From positions 1-10,209 of the forward strand of contig CAVTCS010000016.1 of assembly GCA_963733295.1 (NCBI GenBank): DNA of 10,209 bases, read 5' to 3'. Shown piece after piece: positions 1 through 7,805 of the stretch. Within the stretch, counting starts at the first letter, position 1, and every line of letters starts with the position of its first letter. Made by a program: the position numbers and the translations under genes. This DNA is from Vulcanimicrobiota bacterium. GTDB lineage: Bacteria; Vulcanimicrobiota; Vulcanimicrobiia; Vulcanimicrobiales; Vulcanimicrobiaceae. A model generated the notes under the pieces. That model worked only from the letters and a program-made list of their open reading frames with translations. It was not told where the DNA came from and ran no database searches.

Positions 1-1
1 G

Positions 2-1156
2 AACTGTTTCATTCCGGACACGCCGCACGATGGACCCTTGAAGCGAGCCCAAGCGCTCGCGGCCCTAACCGACGATGGCCTACGTATCGCTCGTGTCCTG
101 CTCACCCGAAAGTTCGAGGCTCAGCTCCACGCGCTGCAAGTGGACTTTACTCGTCTCGGCGTTTCGAGCGGCTCCGCACAAGAGGCTGCAGGCGCTGTGC
201 GCGAGATTGAGTCGAGCATCGAAAAGCTGGCCGGTGATTTCGAGCTGAAAGACCTTCTCTCGCGTGAGGGATACGCGGCACGCATCTACTGGAGCGTTCT
301 TGCGGGCACCGCTCTTCCGTGGCCCACATGGACACATAAGCGAGTACCAGCGCACTGGCTGCAGATCTGGCCGCGAGATTCAGGTGCAAGTTACGCTCGC
401 GCGCGCGAGGCGACTGATCCATTCAACGCGCTGCTCAACTACGGCTACACGCTGCTCGAAGTGGAGACGCGTATCGCGTGCCACGGGGAAGGACTCGATC
501 CAGATATGGGCCTGATCCACGTTGATGCACGGCTTCGCGAATCCCTGATTCTCGATCTTCTAGAGCCTTTACGCTCGAAGGTGGACGGCCTGTCTCTCGA
601 GTTCTGTCAGCGCGACGGACTGCGCCCCCACATGTTCACGGAGCTGCGTAGCGGCGTCGTCCGGTTGCATCCAGAGACCGCGCGCGAATACGCGGGCTGG
701 TTGATGCCGCAGCTTCGAACGCCCGCTGTGGCGATCTGCGCAGAGTTCGCGCGGGAAGTACGCCAGATTTCAATTCCCTATCGCCTTGTCGATGATCGCA
801 CGGCGGTAAAGAAGCCCGGAACCTGCCTTGGCATCGGCGGCCCTTGCGGCTACTGCAAGCAGCCGCTGAAGAAGACGGGCCTAAAGTTCTGCTCGCGGCA
901 TTGCTACCTGCGGCACTCCGTTGAGGTTGACCGGCCAATCGAGAAGGCGCGGGCGAAGCTTGCTGAGATGCGCGCCAACGGTCTCAGCCCAGGTCACGGT
1001 GGGGAAGCTGCAAAGATCCGTGGGGCGAAGATCGGGGAGAGCAATCGCCGTCGGGCGATGCAGCTGACGCCAGAAGAACAGCGCGCGCGACGCGCCGAGA
1101 AGTCACGTAAGCGGCGGGAGGTTGCGGGAGCTGTTGATTGCGAGGCGATAGCCTAA
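2..1156 (+). CDS. cas1: Cas1-family endonuclease/integrase (stand-alone, casposase-like), 5'-partial, with C-terminal Cys4 zinc finger and basic tail
   Basis: Cas1 motifs in order: REGYAARIYW (catalytic E, nt 266-268), DPFNALLNYGYTLL, GLDPDMGLIH (H, nt 518-520) and SLILDLLEPLR (D nt 554-556, E nt 563-565). The frame is open from nt 2 (NCFIPDTPHDGPLKRAQ...), so the true start is upstream and TTG at 38 is probably not it. The C-terminus has CGYC-x11-CSRHC (nt 845-904) followed by an R/K-rich helical tail. Confidence 0.9.
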   Translation, partial: NCFIPDTPHDGPLKRAQALAALTDDGLRIARVLLTRKFEAQLHALQVDFTRLGVSSGSAQEAAGAVREIESSIEKLAGDFELKDLLSREGYAARIYWSVLAGTALPWPTWTHKRVPAHWLQIWPRDSGASYARAREATDPFNALLNYGYTLLEVETRIACHGEGLDPDMGLIHVDARLRESLILDLLEPLRSKVDGLSLEFCQRDGLRPHMFTELRSGVVRLHPETAREYAGWLMPQLRTPAVAICAEFAREVRQISIPYRLVDDRTAVKKPGTCLGIGGPCGYCKQPLKKTGLKFCSRHCYLRHSVEVDRPIEKARAKLAEMRANGLSPGHGGEAAKIRGAKIGESNRRRAMQLTPEEQRARRAEKSRKRREVAGAVDCEAIA

Positions 1157-1184
1157 CGCGGCGCGTCGTGATTTATTTACGATT

Positions 1185-1730
1185 TCATCGAAGAGTTATT
1201 GTCATCGTCGTAGAGCCGATAATGGAATCTGTCGCGCTATGGTCGCCATTTTGCAAAAGCGCGACGGGAAAAACGCGAATCGAGTAGACTCCTGGCTGCA
1301 AGGTGAAACCCCACTCGATGAGAGGGACTCCAAACTGCAACTCGGACCCATACCCTCGATAGGTGGCGCCGGGAGAGAGACGCACGTCTTCGAAGTCAAA
1401 ACTCGCCTCGACCCCGACGCAACCTGGGCGGTGATAAATGTCGGGCGCTTGCATGCGTCCACTGGAATCTACAATGGTGACGCCGACCAGAATGCACCAG
1501 GGCTGACGAGACCAGAAGAGTTCTCTCTCAGAAGTGTTCTTCAGCGTGAGAAGTAGCCTCGGACTGCTCGCGGACTGTTCCGGCGGGGTCGCGCTCAAAG
1601 AAAGCATCGAGGAACTCGTCCCCGAATGGGGTGTCGGTTCAGCCGAACACCAGCCTGTTCGTTGAGCAAGAAGCGCCGCTCCGAGCACTATCAAAGATAA
1701 AGATATAGGTCTTGGCGGTGAGCTTCTCAT
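1185..1730 (-). CDS. Secreted hypothetical protein (~181 aa), probably beta-sandwich
   Basis: ATG at 1730 lies 13 nt after the stop of the upstream minus-strand gene. It gives a signal-peptide-like N-terminus (MRSSPPRPISLSLIVLGAALLAQ). The mature part has a strand-like pattern (LLLTLKNTS, VRLSPG, LQPGVYSIRV). The longer call from 1913 overlaps the upstream gene and is unlikely. Confidence 0.7.
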   Translation of the reverse strand: MRSSPPRPISLSLIVLGAALLAQRTGWCSAEPTPHSGTSSSMLSLSATPPEQSASSPRLLLTLKNTSERELFWSRQPWCILVGVTIVDSSGRMQAPDIYHRPGCVGVEASFDFEDVRLSPGATYRGYGSELQFGVPLIEWGFTLQPGVYSIRVFPVALLQNGDHSATDSIIGSTTMTITLR

Positions 1731-1743
1731 TTGCGGTAACTCT

Positions 1744-2736
1744 TCACTTAATACGCTGACCGGGAGCAAAGGCCGGTGGCAGCGTCGGTTTTGAAATTGT
1801 CGGAGCCGCAGTGGGCGCGGGCGGGGCGGTCCAAGTCCCCGGTGTCGGAAGGCTCGGGCAAGGACTGCTGCCCGCTTCGAATACGGCGTTCCAAGTCGGC
1901 ACTGCGCTCGCATGTGCGGCTGGGACCTTGGACGGGGCCGGGGAATTACTTTTCATAAACCAATTCGTCCCGTTATTTTGAGCCGTTACACTAAAACCAG
2001 ACTGAGACGTATTAACAAGTGGCACCCAGATCGAGTTGACACCACTCGGTAGCCACATCCACCAATCTTGAAACGAGTCAGTTAACGTAATTGTCGCATT
2101 TGGGGCTGACGTTGGTGCTCCGGTCAACAAGATACCCGGCGAGTCGTACTTGTGAACGGCGCTTTTGCCCGGCGCCAAAAATCCCGCAACAATAGGCACA
2201 CAGGTATCAGCATCGTAGGTACCTGGCGGTGTCGACGGGTATGCAATTGAGGCATTCACGGCCGAGGATTGAGAGCTAATGGTTTGGATAAACGCTAGGT
2301 AACCGCCATTCGATTGTTGCGGAACCGTAATCTCACCCACCAAATTCATTCCCCATCCCGTTGGTTGGACACCTGGGGGAGCCGTGTTCGCTGCCCCTAG
2401 CTGCGCCCAAGTCTGCGGATTGCCGACCACATGCGGGCCAACGTTAGGGATCGCAGTTGTCGTCACTGCCGGTTCAAACTGCGGCGCGAAAACGACGTAG
2501 TTCGCCAGCGCTTCAACGGCGTATGTATTCGTTCCATTCGAGATTGTGGCCGTAACCTGCACCGGGTAGTACGTCCCAGTGAACCCCGATAAACCCGTCG
2601 GGAACGGCCAATAGAAAGAAGCGGAAAGAAGGTATCCAGGTGGGTTAGTGGATACAGGCCCACCCGTTAAGCCTGCCCGCCTCCAACATAGCCGAGCCAG
2701 TTAGGACCCCCTACCTCCCAGGCCGACGAGTTTATA
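1744..2736 (-). pseudogene. C-terminal part of a large extracellular-type hypothetical protein, 5'-truncated at the inverted repeat and probably frameshifted near 2672
   Basis: The ORF 1744..2562 is T/P/S/G/N-rich. Its frame stays open and protein-like upstream of GTG 2562 (GLTGGPVSTNPPGYLLSASFYWPFPTG...) to a stop at 2701-2703. An adjacent frame reads INSSAWEVGGPNWLGYVGGGQ from ~2735 to ~2673. There is no signal peptide or convincing start, and the coding-like sequence runs up to the repeat at 2737. Confidence 0.6.
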
Positions 2737-2813
2737 TGTGTAAGCCGAGACTTTATCTGACACTCGTCGATGCGATCACGCGCCGACTGTCAGATAAAGT
2801 CTCGGCTTACACA
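2737..2813. repeat. Perfect 26-bp inverted repeat with a 25-bp spacer; resembles mobile-element termini
   Basis: TGTGTAAGCCGAGACTTTATCTGACA (2737-2762) is the exact reverse complement of TGTCAGATAAAGTCTCGGCTTACACA (2788-2813). The spacer is CTCGTCGATGCGATCACGCGCCGAC (2763-2787). Each arm begins TGT and ends ACA. Confidence 0.95.
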
Positions 2814-2834
2814 ATTAATCAGTCATGGCCGCCT

Positions 2835-3092
2835 TCAATTTATAAAGGCGGCATCCACGTTCGCTAGGGCCTCCTTTAATACCCATTCGACAACTTTCTG
2901 AATCGGCCAACTCTTGGTAAGAGCCACGAAGCATAGGTTTCGCGTGGCCTCGTCATCCAACGTCAGTGAACGCGTTCCATGGACCGAGTATGCGGCGGTC
3001 ATGAATACCGGAGTATTGCCGTCTGATGGCGTTGTAGGCCCCGAACCCTGGGTCGTTTCCACGAGAGGATTCTCAGAAGGGACTTCGGGCAC
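2835..3092 (-). CDS. Small hypothetical protein, possible ribbon-helix-helix DNA-binding protein
   Basis: 85-aa ORF with an alternative ATG at 3002. The C-terminal half, TRSLTLDDEATRNLCFVALTKSWPIQKVVEWVLKEAL, has a strand-helix-turn-helix pattern like CopG/RHH proteins. The fold call is an inference. Confidence 0.45.
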   Translation of the reverse strand: MPEVPSENPLVETTQGSGPTTPSDGNTPVFMTAAYSVHGTRSLTLDDEATRNLCFVALTKSWPIQKVVEWVLKEALANVDAAFIN

Positions 3093-3148
3093 AGCGCTGC
3101 CTAAAGTCCTAAAGAGCGCCTAGCGAACCGGCGAAGACTGGGATAGCA

Positions 3149-3469
3149 ATGCTCAGAGGATCCTCGACGCGCGCCATCTTCCGGCTCTCGCTCGCTTTTG
3201 CGTTTCAAGTTGCCTGTCTTCAATTCATAGCGCTGCCAGCCCCAGTCGCGGCTGCTGCGACGCCGGCTCCGCGGATCCAATATTTTTCAACGGAAGCTAC
3301 TGCGCAGGCGCACTGCCCCCGCGACACTGTCGTCTGGCTCAACACGAAGACCGGTATTTACCACTTGAAGGGCGAGCGGTGGTACGGCAATACCAAGCAG
3401 GGCGCCTACGTTTGCAAAGCTGAGGCGGACGCGACACCAGGTGACCGTGAAACGAGGAACGGCCAATGA
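3149..3469 (+). CDS. Small secreted conserved hypothetical protein (C...VWLN...YH...WYG...YVC motif)
   Basis: Signal peptide (RAIFRLSLAFAFQVACLQFIALPAPVAAA) followed by a recognisable small domain, AQAHCPRDTVVWLNTKTGIYHLKGERWYGNTKQGAYVC. Its stop overlaps the next start (ATGA at 3466-3469). Confidence 0.8.
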   Translation: MLRGSSTRAIFRLSLAFAFQVACLQFIALPAPVAAAATPAPRIQYFSTEATAQAHCPRDTVVWLNTKTGIYHLKGERWYGNTKQGAYVCKAEADATPGDRETRNGQ

Positions 3470-4999
3470 GCGCCGCCCGAAAGCGCCTCGCGTTCTCTGC
3501 GGCACTATTCGTCTTCCCGATTTTGCTGGCTTTCGGAAAAGAAGCCTTCGCGGAGGATTCAGCGGCGAGTTCGACCTTTGAACAGATCAGACCAAGCCTG
3601 CCTAATCTTCTCGGAAAAAGACAAGGAAGACGCCGCCGGCACCGGATTCTGCATCTCGTCAGATGCGAACCACAGTTATTTTCTGACCAACAATCACGTC
3701 CTCATAGGGGACACGGTCTACGTAAAGCTCAGTGACGGTGGGTTGTACACAGCGCGAATCGTTAGACGCGGAATTGTTCCTCTCGATGTGGGCCTGATCG
3801 AAATAACCCGTGGGAATATTAAGCCTGTCGTTCTTTCGAGTTCCCTACCAAAACCAGGGACGGCGATTGCCGTAGCGGGTTTCCCTTCGTTACACCTTCG
3901 AACCGATCAAGAGCCTTCGGTCCATCTTGGATCTGTCAACTCAATTACTGAAGATGATGGCCTTTATATCGAGCACGACGCACTCACCGATCACGGGAAC
4001 AGTGGTGGCCCCCTTTTCGATCAGAAGACTGGCGTCGTGTACGGGATCAATACTCTCGGTATTACGTCGAAGAGTGATAGCCGTATCCAAAATTACTTTG
4101 CTATATCAACCGCGGCAATCCTAGGTTTCTTAGGAAACACGCACGTCGCATTTCAAACCGACGGCTTGGTTGCCGAGGCACCAGGTATGTCGCCCCCTCC
4201 CGCTCAGCCCCGTGGCGACATACTCCAAAACACTTCTGGCGCGTATCGGATCGGCTATGCCACCTCTCCGCTTTCGCAGGCTGGTGCACAGCCCATCAAG
4301 GAGCGAATTGATTCTTATTTAGTGTCGCAGATCAATGGCTTCACGAGCGCGATCATGTACCCGTTGCTCCTAGAAAGCGGTGATGTGACGACCGCAATCG
4401 AGGACGCCTGTCGCGAGCAAACGCTGAATGCATTGGTCCTCGTGCTCTACGACTGGTCGGCAACTGGGCACCACTACCTATCGCATACGACGATTGGTGT
4501 GTTTGACTGTTTCGGCGGACTTATCTATAAGGGCGCGGGCACGAGTGAAAAAGACATTGGCGGCAACTATACGGACGCCTACGTCACGACAACGGACGCG
4601 GCAGCCGACGTCGCTCTTGGTCAGCTGCGATCCCAGATTCAGCAAGATCCTACTGTCGCGGTAAACCTCATGCGTTACGGAATCGCCCTAGGCACGGGGC
4701 AACGCTCCGCTGGATTTACGTTGACCTCCGGCCACGTGGGGGCCGTCGTATCCTCGGTTTCGCCGATCGGGAGCGCAGTAATTGCCGGGCTTCAGAAGTT
4801 CGATGTCGTTGTCTCGCTGAACGGACACAATCTTGCGGATTTGCAGCAAGCCGACATCAACACCCTCGTTGCAGAGATTGAACGCTCTGGCGGGAGCTAT
4901 TCCGCCGAAGTCGTCACCGCGGATGGGAAACACGTTACCTTGCATTTCAAGTCTCAGGACATCCGTCAGTACCTGAACTCAACGAAGAGTCTACGATAA
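3466..4999 (+). pseudogene. Secreted trypsin-like (S1C/HtrA-like) serine protease with C-terminal PDZ domain; frameshift near 3596-3602 (real or sequencing indel)
   Basis: The frame from ATG 3466 encodes a signal peptide and FEQIRPSL. The +1 frame continues LIFS...AGTGFCI...FLTNNHV (His), LDVGLI (Asp) and DHGNSGGPL (Ser). The C-terminus has a PDZ-like segment, GAVVSSVSPIGSAVIAGLQKFDVVVSLNG. Confidence 0.85.
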
Positions 5000-5080
5000 G
5001 GCTGGAACCGCGGCGAAGACGGCGAAGAGCCACCTAAAAAAGAGAAGTATATTTCAGAAGGGCGACCACGGTCATTTAAA

Positions 5081-6222
5081 TTGCCGCGAAAAGAGCAGAG
5101 CCCGGGCACCGCGAAGAAGGCGCCGCTAAATCGCGTTGCGGCCGCACCGCTAGATTTGCATGGTATCTTCAAGGGCTCCGCCGCCTCAATGCGCGCGGAG
5201 TTTGATCGCTCTTCAAACATCAAGCACGCACCGTCAAAGGGTGGAGTCCGCGAGGACTCTCTAAAAGGATTCCTGCGCGATGAAGTGGCGCTTCCAACAA
5301 AGTACGGCATAAGTAGCGGCTTCGTGTTTTCGCCTACCGGTGAAATCTCGCAACAGTGCGACATAATCGTCTACGATCGGTCGTCGTGTCCTCGCCTTTC
5401 CTTCGGGAGCAGCGTCGACTATTTTCCGGTCGAGGGAGTATACGGTGTAATTCAGGTTAAGTCGGTGATGGCTTCGCTAGAACTCCGAAGCGCAATTGAT
5501 AACGTCAACAGCATCAGTTCGCTCGTGCCAACAGGTCTGCGAGGAGTGAAGTTTCTTGGGGGATCCAAGAATTACACCCCTTGCATCCCGTTTCGCGTGA
5601 TCTTCGGGTATAAAAACCCTGCGCAGACGTTCGAAAAATTTCACGAACGAGCATCGACAATCGTTGAGGGATGGACAGGAGCCTCTGGCCTGATGCCGTC
5701 GCAATCCTTGATAGCGGGGTTCTCTTACCCGGCAACCCCGATGGTGGGCCAGCCAAATTGCCGCCACAGGATGAGCGATTTCTCGGCTACTCCTTTGCGA
5801 AGGACACTTTGTTTGAGTTTTATTTAACGCTACTCCATCTTCTGGGCGAGCGTCAGATCGTTCAGGTCCCCTTCGCCTTCTATCGTCCCGAGGTATCGAT
5901 CGTTAACGGGCATCAGATCCAATCAAAGTCCCTGATTTTCGAACAAGAGAAGAGGATCGTTGCGCCTCCAAACGAGAGCTTTTTTGCTAGGATTATTGAC
6001 AATCTCCATTCCGCGGCTCGAATGCCCTATGTTGAAGCTGTCACGGCGTTTCCTTTCATTTCATCCTGTGACTATTCACCCGAGGATCAAAGCGCGATTG
6101 TAAGCGTGTTCCTACAGGACGGCAATGCGCCGCCTTCCCCGGCCTTTTACTGCTGCGTTATAGACGGAAATATCGTCTACTATCCTTATAACGGATTTAA
6201 AGCGGGCGACTTTGCGCGCTGA
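5081..6222 (+). pseudogene. DUF6602 / NucC-like PD-(D/E)xK nuclease-domain protein, split by a frameshift at ~5668-5690
   Basis: H..SKGGVRE..L..FL...LP.KY.I.SG.V...G..SQQCDIIVYD...FPVEGVYGVIQVKS is the DUF6602/NucC-like signature. The family-like continuation WPDAVAILDSGVLL is in the -1 frame, which has a TGA at 5665-5667, so the shift is at or just after the GGG at 5668-5670. The start codon is uncertain. Confidence 0.75.
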
Positions 6223-6229
6223 AACTCTC

Positions 6230-6658
6230 ATGACGACGAGTCGTCTGGGACTTGCCGTGGCCGAGGCGACATTGACGATCTTTCTCTTGGGATGCGATCG
6301 GCCGCAAAGAGCGCCACCGTCTCCGGCATCTTCCCACCTGCCGATCTATCATGTCGCAGACGTGGGGAAGAAACGTGAGCCGGCGCTGACGCCCGGTCAG
6401 CTGGCTTGGATCGCGAGGATCCGACGCACTCCTTACTTTGCGAAACGGATGGCAAGGTTACTGTACATCGTTATAGACCAACCGCGTGATTCCGACCCGC
6501 CGTTGATTGTTTTTCTCGCAGAGTCGCCGACTGATCTGCAGGGGCCAGTTGTTGTCGATCATGCTAAGTGGGGACGATGCAACCCTCACTTCTTCGACGA
6601 CACTGTGAACGCAGAGACACCCGGCTGCGAAGCGCGATTGCCGTCGCCGGTACGGTAG
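6230..6658 (+). CDS. Hypothetical lipoprotein
   Basis: ATG 6230 is just after the upstream stop. MTTSRLGLAVAEATLTIFLLG-C has a lipobox-like LLGC followed by a Pro-rich linker. Confidence 0.6.
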   Translation: MTTSRLGLAVAEATLTIFLLGCDRPQRAPPSPASSHLPIYHVADVGKKREPALTPGQLAWIARIRRTPYFAKRMARLLYIVIDQPRDSDPPLIVFLAESPTDLQGPVVVDHAKWGRCNPHFFDDTVNAETPGCEARLPSPVR

Positions 6659-6715
6659 GAAGCGATAGACGCGGTGACCCTCTGCCTCCTCCGCACTTTC
6701 CGACTCGTTTTCAGG

Positions 6716-7234
6716 ATGTCGAACTGCTTCTATTTTGTGACGCTGTGTTTTCTTCTTTTAGCTTGGCTTTCGGCTTTAACAGACTTTGGCATGGCGCAAG
6801 AGACGAAGGGCCAGGCAGCCTTGTTATTCTGCACGCACGGCGGCGTTGCGTGGCACCCGGTGCCGGAACCGTCCGGATTCGAATCAGAGTTTGCCGTGGT
6901 TGTAGAGATAGAGAGCCCCCGAAGCGCCGCAAACGTCGCGGTATCCGGTTTCGCACTTTTCGATGAGGCAGGGAATGAGACGAAGGCAAAGCGTTTCGTC
7001 ATGGTTGAGAAGTTCGATGAGACGCGCATTCCGACCGAAGGCGTCTTTGCGTACTATCTTAACCCCGGTCGCTCACCCAACACTCGACCCTGGAACGGTA
7101 CTCTTCCCGCGGGGAAAATTCGACTCCGCGTGAGAGTCGCGCTTGAAAGCGGCCCTGGCGCGCCTGTGATATGCAAAGTGACTGTGGGTCCCCACGTGAT
7201 AGAAGGCCCCGAACAAGGCGAATGGCCGACGTGA
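6716..7234 (+). CDS. Secreted hypothetical protein (start at ATG 6716 or GTG 6674)
   Basis: Hydrophobic N-terminus (FYFVTLCFLLLAWLSA) and a beta-rich mature region. It is co-oriented with and close to its neighbours. Confidence 0.65.
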   Translation: MSNCFYFVTLCFLLLAWLSALTDFGMAQETKGQAALLFCTHGGVAWHPVPEPSGFESEFAVVVEIESPRSAANVAVSGFALFDEAGNETKAKRFVMVEKFDETRIPTEGVFAYYLNPGRSPNTRPWNGTLPAGKIRLRVRVALESGPGAPVICKVTVGPHVIEGPEQGEWPT

Positions 7235-7264
7235 TTGCGGCCCTTATGTAGCATCGAGCCGCGA
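7235..7264 (+). repeat. Dispersed direct repeat, copy 1 (partner at 8044-8073)
   Basis: TTGCGGCCCTTATGTAGCATC (7235-7255) versus TTGCGGGCCTTATGTAGTATC (8044-8064): 19/21 identical, and 25/30 when extended 3'. Confidence 0.75.
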
Positions 7265-7378
7265 TCCGGGCAGCCCGGCAAGGGGATCGGACGTTCGTCC
7301 CGACAACACTCCGCAATGCGATGATTCTAATGCTTTCGCCAATCCGCCTAATCCGCAGCCGGTGCCTCGCTAGCTTGC

Positions 7379-7792
7379 ATGAGCGATAGATCGTCCACCA
7401 ACGCGTCAGCAGCCTTCGCAGGGGCAATATCTGGCGCAATAACCGGTGCTCTTTATCATATCTTTCAGCCACCTCCATCGATCAATCAAGAGGATTGGGG
7501 GATCATCACAACAGCACTCTTTGCAGCACAAGGGGCCACCATCGCGTTGGCCGTGTTTTTGGTCCTCGCACTGACCATACTGCGTTTCCGTTCTACTGAT
7601 CAAATTGTGGGCTATCTCACGGCGTTTTGGGTTGGCGCATTCTTATTTGGCAGCATTGTGGCATGGGCGTTCGCTACTCTTGATTCAAGCGGTTCGACCA
7701 ACTCCTTAAGACACTCGTTGTTGACGCCACTCAATTGGGCGGTATTCGGCACTATTCTCGGCGCGATTGTCGTGTCACGAAAGACAAGGTAA
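7379..7792 (+). CDS. Hypothetical integral membrane protein (~4 TM segments)
   Basis: Four hydrophobic stretches (AAFAGAISGAITGALYHIF, IITTALFAAQGATIALAVFLVLALTIL, IVGYLTAFWVGAFLFGSIVAWAFA, WAVFGTILGAIVV) and a basic C-terminus. Confidence 0.75.
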   Translation: MSDRSSTNASAAFAGAISGAITGALYHIFQPPPSINQEDWGIITTALFAAQGATIALAVFLVLALTILRFRSTDQIVGYLTAFWVGAFLFGSIVAWAFATLDSSGSTNSLRHSLLTPLNWAVFGTILGAIVVSRKTR

Positions 7793-7805
7793 CAGGTCCC
7801 TGGCT

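Noticed and set aside
1151..1200. GCCTAAC at the cas1 stop, resembling an integron attC inverse core (RYYYAAC)
   Set aside because: There is no complementary GTTAGGC core at a suitable distance, no attC-like hairpin, and no similar sites after the other genes.
2724..2769. Alternative 8-bp inverted pair CGACGAGT (2724-2731) / ACTCGTCG (2762-2769) around the left arm
   Set aside because: It is only 8 bp, it cannot compete with the 26-bp stem, and it may be chance. Noted but not supported as functional.
2737..2813. The inverted repeat as a simple rho-independent terminator or fold-back assembly chimera
   Set aside because: A perfect 26-bp stem with no U-tract on either strand is atypical for a terminator. 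The symmetry stops sharply after 26 bp with unrelated flanks, unlike a fold-back artefact.
5010..5027. Tandem 9-mer CGGCGAAGA x2, also seen once near 3129; similarly C(C/T)AATCCGC x2 at ~7339-7356
   Set aside because: These are too short to distinguish from chance or local slippage duplications.
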